64,000 nucleotides of DNA from an uncultured Desulfarculus sp. (GTDB lineage: Bacteria > Desulfobacterota > Desulfarculia > Desulfarculales > Desulfarculaceae), in NCBI GenBank assembly GCA_963665125.2, contig CAXXUK010000001.1, forward strand, positions 3,584,001 to 3,648,000. The letters are read 5' to 3'. Under the pieces are notes generated by a model. It was not told the DNA's origin. It did no database searches and saw only the letters and a program-made list of their open reading frames with translations. The position numbers were made by a program, and so were the translations under genes. Below are positions 25,386 to 35,601 of the stretch, one piece after another (the stretch's first letter is position 1; the number at the start of each line of letters is the position of its first letter).

Positions 25386-26055
25386 TCAAAACCTCGATAC
25401 TGCCGGGCATGTCTCCGCCCTTGAATCCGGCCAAAAGCCCTCTTATCGTGTTTTCGATAATCCGTTGGCTGAATCCGTTAACCGGCAGTTTTCTCGCGTT
25501 AATTTTAACTTTGACACCGAATTCTTGATCTTCTTGTTGCCTCATGGCGATGGCCAATATAAAATCGGCGATTTCCAGCGTATTGTCCGCATCCAGAACC
25601 CGCAAGGCCCCTTCTTTCCCGGATCCTCCCCTGCGGGCAAGAGCAAGTATCTTACCTCCCGCAGGCAAAATTGGACCTTCCCCTGGCCCAACAACTTCGA
25701 TTTTATCGATGTTTGCTCTTTTAAACCCTTCCACTATGACAATATCCATATCGTACATCAGGCGTGAGGCAATCTCGTCCGGCTGCCAGTTCAATGCGTC
25801 ATCACCCACGGACATCATAATCCCATCCTGGTGGGACAGAATCGTCCTACATGAACCTGCCGCTTGAAACCTTGATGTGTCTTTTTTAGTGAAATCTTCA
25901 GGAAGGGCTATTGAACCATTGTGACCGTGGTGTTTTATGGCTCCTACTTGGTACCCGCGCTTACGCAGTTCAAATATTATTTTTTCAGCGAGGGTTGTTT
26001 TTCCGCTTCCTGACGCCCCGCAAAAACCAATCAACGGAACCATATTTCCCGCCAT
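25360..26055 (-). CDS. mobB: Molybdopterin-guanine dinucleotide biosynthesis protein MobB
   Basis: GASGSGKTT, VGAIKHHGH, KDTSRF, VIVEGFK. Confidence 0.88.
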   Translation of the reverse strand: MAGNMVPLIGFCGASGSGKTTLAEKIIFELRKRGYQVGAIKHHGHNGSIALPEDFTKKDTSRFQAAGSCRTILSHQDGIMMSVGDDALNWQPDEIASRLMYDMDIVIVEGFKRANIDKIEVVGPGEGPILPAGGKILALARRGGSGKEGALRVLDADNTLEIADFILAIAMRQQEDQEFGVKVKINARKLPVNGFSQRIIENTIRGLLAGFKGGDMPGSIEVLIEPKNTEK

Positions 26056-26194
26056 TCTGCCTGGGTTTAGAATGGGTAAGCATAAGCCAGGGTAGTTCCC
26101 AGGTCAAGCCGCGGTTGAAGACTTGTTCTCGCCCCTTGTTAGCCTGGCCCTGCCATGCTAAAAATGGTCAACATAATTCCGAGGGAGGATGTCC

Positions 26195-26794
26195 ATGGAA
26201 CGCAAGATAATGCGCGCGTTGATCAGCGTTACCGATAAAAGCGGCGTGGTTGAATTTGCCAAAGGTCTTTCAGGATTGGGCGTTTCGCTTATCTCCACCG
26301 GCGGTACGGCCAAGGCCCTGCGAGAGGGCGGACTTGAGGTCACCGACGTCAGCAAGATCACCGGCTTTCCGGAGATGCTCGACGGCCGCGTGAAGACCCT
26401 GCATCCAAGGGTTCATGGCGGCATCCTTGCCCGCCGCGATCTTGAAAGCCATCGGGCCCAGCTATCAGAGCACCATATAGCCACCATTGACCTCGTATGC
26501 GTCAATCTCTATGCCTTTGAGGCCACGATCGCCAAACAAGGCTGCACTTTTGAAGACGCTATTGAGAACATCGACATCGGCGGCCCCTGCCTTATCAGGG
26601 CTTCGGCCAAGAATCATAACGATGTGGTAGTGGTTACCGATCCGTCAGATTACGGCAGGATTCTTGAAGAAATGAAGGCTACCGGCGGTACTGTCTCCGC
26701 CAATACACGAAGGTCCCTTGCTGCCAAGGCCTATCGCCTGACCAACAAGTATGACGGCGCCATCGCGGATTATATGGAAAAGCAGGCGGGCTAG
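26195..26794 (+). CDS. purH: IMP cyclohydrolase (PurH N-terminal domain only)
   Basis: [31 protein letters not shown]; stops at ~200 aa with no AICAR transformylase domain. Confidence 0.9.
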   Translation: MERKIMRALISVTDKSGVVEFAKGLSGLGVSLISTGGTAKALREGGLEVTDVSKITGFPEMLDGRVKTLHPRVHGGILARRDLESHRAQLSEHHIATIDLVCVNLYAFEATIAKQGCTFEDAIENIDIGGPCLIRASAKNHNDVVVVTDPSDYGRILEEMKATGGTVSANTRRSLAAKAYRLTNKYDGAIADYMEKQAG

Positions 26795-26834
26795 TTTTCC
26801 TTTCCCGCTTCATTATTTATATGGAGATGAATTC

Positions 26835-28604
26835 ATGAAGGTCCTGGTTGTTGGCAGCGGCGGCCGTGAGCACGCCCTGGTCTGGAAGCTTTCCCAGAGC
26901 CCAAAGGTAGATGCCCTGTACTGCGCCCCCGGCAACCCCGGCATGGCCGGTCAAGCCGAATTGGTGGATATCAGCTCCGATGATATTCCGGCTTTGAAGG
27001 ACTTTGCGCTGAAAAATGACATAACATTGACTGTTGTTGGTCCTGAGGCTCCTCTTGTGGCGGGTATAACCGACGAATTCGAGGCCTCCGGTCTTTTGGT
27101 TGCCGGGCCCAGCGCCGCCGGTGCGCAGCTCGAAGGCTCAAAGTCTTTCAGCAAGGACATCATGGCCCGGGCCGGGGTGCCCACGGCGGCCTACAAGGTC
27201 TTCACCGACGCCGCCCAGGCCCGTGATTATTGCCTCAGCCTTGACCGGCCTATCGTTGTCAAGGCCGACGGCCTAGCCGCCGGCAAGGGCGTATTGATGT
27301 GCGAGACCGCCGGACAGGCCGCCGACGCCTGCAAACAGATAATGGAAGACCGTGCCTTTGGGGCCGCAGGAGACAAGATAGTAATAGAGGAGTGGCTTCA
27401 GGGCGAAGAGGCCAGTTTCCTGGTCTTCACCGACGGCGAGGCCATCGTGGCAATGCCCTCCAGCCAGGACCATAAAGCCGTGGGCGAGGGTGACACCGGA
27501 CCCAACACCGGCGGCATGGGCGCCTATTCCCCGGCTCCGGTGGTTACGCCGGAGATGGCCCAAAAGGCCATGGACCAGGTTATCAAGCCTGTCCTTGAGA
27601 CCATGAAGGCCGACGGAAACCCGTTCAAGGGCATTCTCTATGCCGGTTTGATGATCAGCAAAGAAGGCGTTCCAAATGTCCTCGAGTTCAACGTGCGATT
27701 CGGCGACCCGGAATGCCAACCTCTGTTGATGCGCCTGGAAAGCGATTTGGCCGATATTCTATTGGGCATGGCCAAGGGCAATCTTGGCCAAGTCGAGGTC
27801 AAGTGGTCCGAAAAGCCCACCGTGTGCGTTGTGCTTGCATCGGGCGGCTATCCTGGTTCCTATGAAAAGGGCTTCGAGATCAACGGTATCGACAAGGCCA
27901 ACGCCCATGAAGGCGTCTATGTCTTCCACGCCGGAACCAGTCTCAAGGACGGTAAGATCGTCAACACCGGCGGCAGGGTCCTGGGCGTTACGGCCATCGG
28001 CGATACGGTACGCCAGGCCATCGAAAAAGCCTATGCCGCCTGCGCTGAAATTTCCTGGAAAGACATGTACATGCGCCGGGATATCGGCCACCGCGCCTTG
28101 GCCAGGGAAAAACAGGGACCACTGGTCGGCATCGTCATGGGCTCGCCAAATGACTGGGAGGTCATGAAATCCGCGGTAAAGCAGCTCAATGAATTCGGCA
28201 TATCCAACGAAGTGCGTGTGCTCAGCGCCCACCGTACGCCGGAGCTGGCTGCCGATTTTTCCAAGACCGCCGCAAGCCGGGGGATGAAGGTGATCATCGC
28301 CGGGGCTGGTTGGGCCGCCCACCTGGCCGGAGCCATGGCCGCCCATACGGTTTTGCCAATAATCGGCGTTCCCATCGGTTCGTCCCAGCTCGACGGACTT
28401 GACGCTCTGCTCTCAACCGTACAGATGCCTCCGGGCATACCCGTTGCCACCGTGGCTATCGGCGCCGGCGGGGCCAAGAACGCCGCCGTGCTTGCCGCCC
28501 AGATCATAGGCACCAGCGACCCGGCCGTATACGAAAAGTTGCTCGATGATAGGGTTAAAATGGCCGAGGATATAGCCGCGGCCGAAAAGAAGCTTGAATT
28601 ATAG
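26835..28604 (+). CDS. purD: PurD (GAR synthetase) fused to C-terminal PurE
   Basis: [27 protein letters not shown], then [30 protein letters not shown]. Confidence 0.95.
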   Translation: MKVLVVGSGGREHALVWKLSQSPKVDALYCAPGNPGMAGQAELVDISSDDIPALKDFALKNDITLTVVGPEAPLVAGITDEFEASGLLVAGPSAAGAQLEGSKSFSKDIMARAGVPTAAYKVFTDAAQARDYCLSLDRPIVVKADGLAAGKGVLMCETAGQAADACKQIMEDRAFGAAGDKIVIEEWLQGEEASFLVFTDGEAIVAMPSSQDHKAVGEGDTGPNTGGMGAYSPAPVVTPEMAQKAMDQVIKPVLETMKADGNPFKGILYAGLMISKEGVPNVLEFNVRFGDPECQPLLMRLESDLADILLGMAKGNLGQVEVKWSEKPTVCVVLASGGYPGSYEKGFEINGIDKANAHEGVYVFHAGTSLKDGKIVNTGGRVLGVTAIGDTVRQAIEKAYAACAEISWKDMYMRRDIGHRALAREKQGPLVGIVMGSPNDWEVMKSAVKQLNEFGISNEVRVLSAHRTPELAADFSKTAASRGMKVIIAGAGWAAHLAGAMAAHTVLPIIGVPIGSSQLDGLDALLSTVQMPPGIPVATVAIGAGGAKNAAVLAAQIIGTSDPAVYEKLLDDRVKMAEDIAAAEKKLEL

Positions 28605-28614
28605 GTAGTTGACC

Positions 28615-29226
28615 ATGCCCAAGGGTCTTATTCTCAAGATTGATCCCCAAAGCCCAGATGCCGCCCTCATGGAGAGGGCGGTGTTTTCTTTGCTTGGCGG
28701 TGGTCTGTTGGTCATTCCCACCGAGACTTTCTACGGTATTGCCGTTGATTCGGGCAATTACAATGCCCTTACCAGGCTTGCCAGGCTCAAGGAACGCCCT
28801 AAGGACAAGCCTTTTCCCTTAATAATCTCTGATGCCTCTCAACTCGATGCCCTTGTATCCGATGTTCCAGCTCATGCCAGACAATTGATGGATCGGCATT
28901 GGCCAGGACCTCTTAGTCTTGTTTTCCCCGCACGCTGGGGATTGCCCGGCGAATTGGTCCACCGTGGCGGCATCGCCGTTCGCCACAGCCCCAATACCAT
29001 TTCTTCAGCCCTTGCCGGATCTATTGGCCGGGCCATAACCGCCACCAGCGCCAACCTTTCCGGAGAACCAGCCCCTACTTCCATTGAAAATCTTGATCAG
29101 CGGGTCATCGATTCCGTTGATTTGATCCTTGACGCCGGACCATGTCCCGGCGGCCTTCCCAGCACTTTGGCGGACATTAGGGAAGATCCTCCTCTTGTGC
29201 TTCGCCATGGTGCAGTTTCTATTTGA
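28615..29226 (+). CDS. tsaC: L-threonylcarbamoyladenylate synthase (Sua5/YrdC)
   Basis: PTETFYGI, KERPKDKP, WPGPLS, TSANLSG. Confidence 0.92.
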   Translation: MPKGLILKIDPQSPDAALMERAVFSLLGGGLLVIPTETFYGIAVDSGNYNALTRLARLKERPKDKPFPLIISDASQLDALVSDVPAHARQLMDRHWPGPLSLVFPARWGLPGELVHRGGIAVRHSPNTISSALAGSIGRAITATSANLSGEPAPTSIENLDQRVIDSVDLILDAGPCPGGLPSTLADIREDPPLVLRHGAVSI

Positions 29227-29325
29227 CCCTCTATTTTTCTTGACCTTGTAACATCGTTGATTTAATTGATCTGATCACTGATCGAATAATCCTATATTTT
29301 TTCGTTAATTGAAGGGGTGGTCAAA

Positions 29326-30135
29326 ATGAAGAAGTTTTTCGTAGTGTTGTGTCTTTGTTTGGCGCTGGCCCTACCCGCCTCGTTTGCCTTTGCGGATACT
29401 CAGCCCCAGTATCAGCAAGCGCTTTACTTTGATACGTTCAAAGGCAAAATAGGATACGATGTCAGGCACCTGGAGTATGAATTCGATCAGGACACCCAGA
29501 AAGGTTGGTTCAACGGTTTCATGGTTGGGGCCGACTTCCATCTCAACGACGTATACCTGGCCGCTAACTTCAGCTATTTCTGGGGCAACACAGACTGGGA
29601 TAGCCCTGGTTATTCAACCGACACCACCACCGACAAGATGTATGACCTCAAGGCCGTATTCGGCTACGACTTCATCTTCGGCAACATGGCCGTCACCCCC
29701 TACGCCGGTCTGGCCATGCATTTTTGGGAGACCACTGTCGAAGGCGGCTTTTCGTATCCCTATTCATTCCAACAGTATTATGCCCCTTTGGGCGCCCAGA
29801 TTACGTACAAGGGCAGCGAATCCTGGACCGCCGCACTCAAGCTCGAGTATGACTTTTTCCTGCTCGGACGCATAGACTGTAAGGTTTCCCAGGCCGATCC
29901 TTTGTATACTGACATGACCTATGACCAGCACGGTGGATTCGGATTTTATATCTCGGCCAATTTCACATACAGCTTTGTTTCCTGGAGCCTTGGCATTGAG
30001 CCGTATTTCCAGTACTGGGACATCGACGAATCCGATAGCGAACTCTATTCATACAATGGCACTCTGGTTGGCTATATGTCCGAGCCCGAGAACAAGTCCC
30101 GTATCTGGGGACTTCGTTTCTTTGCCGAATTTTAA
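29326..30135 (+). CDS. Outer-membrane beta-barrel protein, paralog 1
   Basis: Signal peptide, aromatic-rich amphipathic strands, C-terminal FFAEF. Confidence 0.8.
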   Translation: MKKFFVVLCLCLALALPASFAFADTQPQYQQALYFDTFKGKIGYDVRHLEYEFDQDTQKGWFNGFMVGADFHLNDVYLAANFSYFWGNTDWDSPGYSTDTTTDKMYDLKAVFGYDFIFGNMAVTPYAGLAMHFWETTVEGGFSYPYSFQQYYAPLGAQITYKGSESWTAALKLEYDFFLLGRIDCKVSQADPLYTDMTYDQHGGFGFYISANFTYSFVSWSLGIEPYFQYWDIDESDSELYSYNGTLVGYMSEPENKSRIWGLRFFAEF

Positions 30136-30153
30136 TCAATAGCGCAATATTCA

Positions 30154-30202
30154 TGGCCGGATTGCTTTGGAGCATAAAACCAAACTGATCCGGCCTTTTT
30201 TT
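30154..30202 (+). terminator. Intrinsic terminator
   Basis: ggccggat...atccggcc stem followed by T7. Confidence 0.7.
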
Positions 30203-30451
30203 CTCATCAGATACGTGCAGATTACCTTCTTGCAGGGATTCTCCAATACTTCTCCACCTCCCAAATCCGTTCTGTCAAAATCCCCCAATAACTTAATGTC
30301 CTAATTCAACGGGAACAGCTCAATCTATTGGTTCTACGATGATTTATTTCTTTACGTAATTATTTACTTATGCTTTTAATTGCCTGCTTCCAAGGGTTGT
30401 TGTGGGCCGCATCTTCATAGATGCGCATTATCAAAAAGGAGAGGGGATTAA

Positions 30452-31279
30452 ATGAGCATGTTTAGGGCAGTTAAATCAACTGGCAAGGTCTTTTCCCTTG
30501 CCTTGGCCTTGGTGCTGTTTACGGCTTTTGGCGTCTCGGCACAGCAGACCGAGGACCAACAAGGGCCTTACTTCGAAACGTTCAAAGGCAAAATCGGATA
30601 CGATGTCAAGCACCTGGAGTATCAATTCGACCAGGACACCCAGAAGGGTTGGTTCAACGGTTTCATGGTTGGAGCCGACTTCCACCTCAATGACGTGTAC
30701 CTCGCAGCCGAGTTCAGCTACTTTTGGGGCAACACCTCTTGGGAGAGCCCCGGGTATTCAGATGCCAGCACCACCGACAGGATGTATGACCTGAAGGCTG
30801 TCTTCGGCTACGACTTCATCTTCGGCAATATTGCCGTCACCCCGTATGCCGGTCTGGCCATGCATCACTGGGAGACGCCTGCCGATGGAGGCTTCTCGTA
30901 CCCGTATACCTTCCAACAATACTATGCTCCTGTTGGCGCGCAGTTTATGTACAAGGGCTGCGGCCCCTGGACCGCTTCGCTGAAGCTGGAATATGACTTT
31001 TTCCTGCTGGGCCAAATCGATTACAACATCGGACAGGCGGACCCTCATTATACGGACATGAGCTATGACCAGCACGGTGGTTTCGGCTTTTACATCTCGG
31101 CCAATTTCACCTACAGCTTCGGTTGTTGGGGCCTTGGCGTGGAACCGTATTTCCAGTACTGGGATATCGACAAATCCGACAGCGCCCCCTACGTATACAA
31201 CGGGCAGTCTTATGGCAATGCCTACGAGCCTGAAAACACGTCCAAGATCTGGGGTATTCGGGTTTTTGCCGAATTCTAA
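30452..31279 (+). CDS. Outer-membrane beta-barrel protein, paralog 2
   Basis: Close paralog of 29326-30135; C-terminal VFAEF. Confidence 0.8.
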   Translation: MSMFRAVKSTGKVFSLALALVLFTAFGVSAQQTEDQQGPYFETFKGKIGYDVKHLEYQFDQDTQKGWFNGFMVGADFHLNDVYLAAEFSYFWGNTSWESPGYSDASTTDRMYDLKAVFGYDFIFGNIAVTPYAGLAMHHWETPADGGFSYPYTFQQYYAPVGAQFMYKGCGPWTASLKLEYDFFLLGQIDYNIGQADPHYTDMSYDQHGGFGFYISANFTYSFGCWGLGVEPYFQYWDIDKSDSAPYVYNGQSYGNAYEPENTSKIWGIRVFAEF

Positions 31280-31459
31280 GCGGTTGTGCCAAGTTCAGGG
31301 CCGGATTGCCAGCCAATCAAATCTTGGCGACAATTCCGGCCCATTTTTTCTAAAAACAATCTTTCGTGATTTTGGGTTTGACTTTAAATACTCAAGAGTA
31401 TAGTTGATTAAAGTCCCTAAGCTTATATACCTTTTTCAAAACCTGAATATGGGGGAAAC

Positions 31460-32296
31460 ATGTCACAAGTACGTTCATATTTCAAAAAAAGCGTCTTTAT
31501 ATCTTTATTTTCTCTTTCTCTGCTCTTGTCTTTTTCAACGGCCCAAGCATCAGATGAGGTACAGAATCAAGCATTCTTTCCATTGTTTTCCGGCAAGATC
31601 GGCTACCAGTTGTCCCATATGGATTACAACGAAAGCGTAATGAACGAGAAGGGCTACCTCAACGGCATCTATGCCGGACTCACCTTTCATCCCGGCTGCA
31701 TGATGATCAAGATCGATGGCGACTATAGCGCCGGTAATATTGACTACGATGGCCAAACTTGGGGCGGTACGCCTGTAACTTCCAGCGGAAATAATGTAAT
31801 CTTCAATATCCGCGGCCTATTTGGCTGGGATTTTATCAGCGGCAACCAGTCAATTACGCCTTATCTTGGTATCGCCACGCGTTATTGGAAGGATGACCAG
31901 GATTCCGCATCCTCCTATAAGCGTGAGACCTGGTATTACTATTCGCCCATCGGCCTGCTGTACACCTACAACTCCGGATCGGCGTTTTCCTTCGCCCTTC
32001 AGGCCGAATATGACATCTTTTGGCAGGGTAAAAACAAAAGCGCCCTATCTGATGTAAATCCCGGCCTCAATAATGTTGAGATGAAGCAAACCCAAGGTTA
32101 CGGCGTATTCATCTCGGCAAGCTTTACCTATGATTTCGGAATGGTTGCCATCAACTTGGAGCCGTTCTTCCAATACTGGGATATTAAAAAGTCCGATACG
32201 GACAACTTGTATTATTATGGCCAATTCATGACTCCGGTTGAGGAGCCCGACAATGACACCAAAATTTGGGGTGTTAGGGTCAGCGCCGAATTCTAG
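31460..32296 (+). CDS. Outer-membrane beta-barrel protein, paralog 3 (divergent)
   Basis: Shares GKIGY, ITPYLG, YSPIG, EYD, EPFFQYWDI, KIWGVRVSAEF with paralogs 1 and 2. Confidence 0.8.
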   Translation: MSQVRSYFKKSVFISLFSLSLLLSFSTAQASDEVQNQAFFPLFSGKIGYQLSHMDYNESVMNEKGYLNGIYAGLTFHPGCMMIKIDGDYSAGNIDYDGQTWGGTPVTSSGNNVIFNIRGLFGWDFISGNQSITPYLGIATRYWKDDQDSASSYKRETWYYYSPIGLLYTYNSGSAFSFALQAEYDIFWQGKNKSALSDVNPGLNNVEMKQTQGYGVFISASFTYDFGMVAINLEPFFQYWDIKKSDTDNLYYYGQFMTPVEEPDNDTKIWGVRVSAEF

Positions 32297-32679
32297 CAAA
32301 TAGTTTTTCCATGAAGATCCCGGCATGGCTTTGCCATGCCGGGATCAATGCTCTTATCCGACGCTAAACGCCTTCTACAATATCTTCAATTCCATTTAGT
32401 CTGTTCAGGCGCCTATTTTGAATAGAAGCATGACCACAAAAACGGCTTATTTGTCGGAGCATTACTTGTATTAAGCGACCGTTGTTTTATTCTGTTTTTT
32501 CAACATATTATCCTTTTCTTTGCTTGTATTTAGCCTTTATCCCCATTTCCTTGAACACATATTCCTTTTTTTTCAAATAGACTGGCCTTACCAGAATCTT
32601 GACTGCGGCTCCGATTAATCATATTCTTTTGAACCTAATTGAACGACCAACCATTCATTAAGAAGTATGGAGGCCCTCT

Positions 32680-33882
32680 GTGAAAAACAATCGTGACACC
32701 GTAATCGTGGCCATGGGCCGCACCGCCATCGGCGATTTCGGCGGTTCCCTTGCCGGCGTCCGCGCCCACGAACTTGGCGCTATCGTTACCAAAAAATTGC
32801 TTGATGACACCGGTATCGACCAGTCCACCATTGACGACGTGATCATGGGTGACTGCTGCCAGTGCCCCGATGAGGCCAACACCGCCCGCACCATGGCCTT
32901 GAAAGTCGGCATTCCGGTCGAAGTCCCGGCCGTCACCATCCAGCGCCAGTGCTCCAGCGCCATGCAGGCCATGGCTCAGTCCGACGTTTACATTCGCATG
33001 GGCGAGGCCGATATCATGATCGCCGGCGGCATGGAATCAATGTCCAACGCCCCTTACACGCTTCCCAAGGCCCGCTGGGGCGCCCGCCTGCAGCATGCCA
33101 AGATGGTTGACTCCCTTTGGGAAATGCTTCATTCCGGCTCCACTCTTCTTGATCCTCCAGGCTACATCATGGGCCAGACCGCTGAAAATCTGGCCCGCAA
33201 ATACAGCATCCCCCGCGAAGAGCAGGATGTCGTGGCCCTGCGCAGCCACAACAACGCCGAAGCCGCCACCAAGGCCGGCAAATTCAAGGACGAGATCGTT
33301 CCCGTTGTCATTCCCCAGCGCAAGGGAGACCCCAAGGTCATCGACACCGACGAGCACTTCCGCCCCGGCATGACCATGGACTCCCTGACCAGACTCAAGC
33401 CCGTTTTCGCCAAAGACGGCAGCGTAACCGCCGGCAATGCCTCCGGCCTTAACGACGGCGCCGCCGTGACCATCCTGATGAGCCGTGAAAAAGCCACCGA
33501 GCTTGGCCTAAAGCCCATCGCCAAGATCGTTGCCCACGCCGCCGCGGGCTGTCCGCCGGAGATCATGGGTTACGGCCCGGTACCCTCCACCCAAAAGCTT
33601 CTGAAGAAAACCGGCGTTGAGCTCAAAGATATCGAACTCATCGAACTCAACGAGGCCTTCGCCTCCCAGTACCTTGCCTGCGAACAGGGCCTGGGCCTCA
33701 ACCGCGACATCACCAACGTCAACGGTTCTGGCATCGGCCTGGGCCACCCGGTGGGCTGCACCGGCGCCCGCATCGTGATCAGCCTCATCGGCGAGATGAA
33801 GCGCCGCGGCAACACTCTTGGCCTGGCCACTCTTTGCGTTGGCGGCGGCATGGGCATGTCCATGCTGGTCGAGGTCGAGTAG
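32680..33882 (+). CDS. Thiolase (acetyl-CoA C-acyltransferase)
   Basis: RQCSSA catalytic Cys, GMESMS, NEAFA, GHPVGCTG, LCVGGG. Confidence 0.95.
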   Translation: MKNNRDTVIVAMGRTAIGDFGGSLAGVRAHELGAIVTKKLLDDTGIDQSTIDDVIMGDCCQCPDEANTARTMALKVGIPVEVPAVTIQRQCSSAMQAMAQSDVYIRMGEADIMIAGGMESMSNAPYTLPKARWGARLQHAKMVDSLWEMLHSGSTLLDPPGYIMGQTAENLARKYSIPREEQDVVALRSHNNAEAATKAGKFKDEIVPVVIPQRKGDPKVIDTDEHFRPGMTMDSLTRLKPVFAKDGSVTAGNASGLNDGAAVTILMSREKATELGLKPIAKIVAHAAAGCPPEIMGYGPVPSTQKLLKKTGVELKDIELIELNEAFASQYLACEQGLGLNRDITNVNGSGIGLGHPVGCTGARIVISLIGEMKRRGNTLGLATLCVGGGMGMSMLVEVE

Positions 33883-34006
33883 TCATTTTCAATACGATAA
33901 AGGGGGAGGGGTTCTCTCTCCCCCTTATTCCCAAAGTCCTGTTGCCATCCCTCCTTTTATAGCTATAGTATTTAAGATCTTTAGTTGCCAATGGAAGGAC
34001 TTCCAG

Positions 34007-35383
34007 ATGGTCGATATTGGCCGAAAATCATCTGACGTTTCAAAGCTCCGTGAGCGCGTACGCCTACTCACCAAGGAACTTGACGACATCGAACACCGCC
34101 ACGAACAAGGCGTAACAACTCTTCGTGAAGCCCTTGTTGTACTGTCGGGCATGGTTCCCAAGGAGCAGACTCCGGCCGTCGGCAAAGCCTTTGATTCTTT
34201 CCGCAAAAGTGCTTCTTCAAGAAAAATGGACTACGAGGCCTTTGAAGAGTCCTTGGAGAGCCTTAAATCTGCGATTGTGGCCGAGCCCACCGACTACGGA
34301 CCCGGCGCTTCCGACAAGGCAAAAGAGACGGCCCAGGCCAAGGCTTCCCGCCATGTTTCCCTGGCCCTGCTTCATGGTCTTCGTCTTGGTGATGAAACCT
34401 TTGATCCCATGCTGGACAAGGCCATAGACCAGATCGGAGCCTTTGTGGCCACCGGCGCCGTTCGCCCGGCCATGGCCGTTCTGGCCGACCTGTTGGATGA
34501 CTTCCGCATCGCCCTCAACAGCCGTCTGCAATCGGCCGAGCAGGCCCTCAAAGATATCGTTGCCGAGGTTTTGCGCACCGAAACCGAGCTCATCGAAAGC
34601 TTTACAAAGGCCACCAATGATCTTTCTTCCGACGGCAAGGGCCATGCCGAGCAGATGACCAGCACCCTTGCCGCACTATTGGAAGACATCAACGGCGCGC
34701 CGGATATGGAGACCCTTAAGTACCGGGCGCTTTCGCACATCCGCACCCTTCGTGACCAGATAAAGACCCGCCGGGCCCTGGAGGTGAGCCGTCAACAGGC
34801 TATCATGAGCGAGATGGACCAGGTACGCGAGGCCCTGGACGAGACCAAACGCCACATGTCATCCTTTGAAAAGCTCACCGAAAAGCTATCCAGGGAAGCT
34901 TTGACCGATCCACTTACAAAGATCTGGAACAAGCGCGCCTTTTCCCAGAGGCTTGCCGTCGAGTTGAAAAAAAGCGACAAGTCAAAGCTCTACCTCATTG
35001 TTTTTGACATCGATTTCTTCAAGGGCATCAACGACAACTACGGCCACAAGGCCGGCGACAGGGCTCTTGAGGCCATCGCCAAATACGCCAGCTCCGCCCT
35101 TCGCAGGGAAGACACTCTCTTCCGTTACGCCGGTGACGAGTTTGTCATCCTGATGACCGAAATAGACCTGCCCACGGCTCAGGCCATTGCCGAGCGGGTG
35201 CGCCAGGCCGCCGAAAAGATCCGCTTCACCTATGGCGGCAAGGGCGAGATCCGCCTTACCCTGTCCATTGGTTTGGCCGGAGCCAATGCCTCCGACACCC
35301 CGGAGACCTTGTTCGAGCGGTCCGACCAGGCCCTTTTGGAGGCCAAGCGTCAGGGCCGCAACCGGGTTGTCACCGCCCAATAG
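34007..35383 (+). CDS. Coiled-coil diguanylate cyclase (AGDEF variant)
   Basis: DPLT, DIDFFKGIND.YGH.AGD, RRED I-site, RYAGDEF, AKRQGRNRV. Confidence 0.9.
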   Translation: MVDIGRKSSDVSKLRERVRLLTKELDDIEHRHEQGVTTLREALVVLSGMVPKEQTPAVGKAFDSFRKSASSRKMDYEAFEESLESLKSAIVAEPTDYGPGASDKAKETAQAKASRHVSLALLHGLRLGDETFDPMLDKAIDQIGAFVATGAVRPAMAVLADLLDDFRIALNSRLQSAEQALKDIVAEVLRTETELIESFTKATNDLSSDGKGHAEQMTSTLAALLEDINGAPDMETLKYRALSHIRTLRDQIKTRRALEVSRQQAIMSEMDQVREALDETKRHMSSFEKLTEKLSREALTDPLTKIWNKRAFSQRLAVELKKSDKSKLYLIVFDIDFFKGINDNYGHKAGDRALEAIAKYASSALRREDTLFRYAGDEFVILMTEIDLPTAQAIAERVRQAAEKIRFTYGGKGEIRLTLSIGLAGANASDTPETLFERSDQALLEAKRQGRNRVVTAQ

Positions 35384-35601
35384 CTTTTGACCCATAGGTC
35401 ATTTTTATTCTTGCCCTTCCCTTCCGAACCCGGTCTATTTATCCTGTATTATCAATATGTTAGCAATGCGCGCTTTCGGCTCGCGTATTTTTATTCTGTA
35501 TTTTCAGTGTAGTACGCTTTAGCTGTTTTAGGCCAAAAAACATGGGGAACTTTCCAATTCCAGCGGCTCATAATCCTAGTTTTTATCTTTTGACCAAAGG
35601 G

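Noticed and set aside
35110..35145. AGDEF as a sign of an inactive cyclase
   Set aside because: Only the first motif position differs and the other catalytic motifs are intact, so inactivity cannot be claimed.
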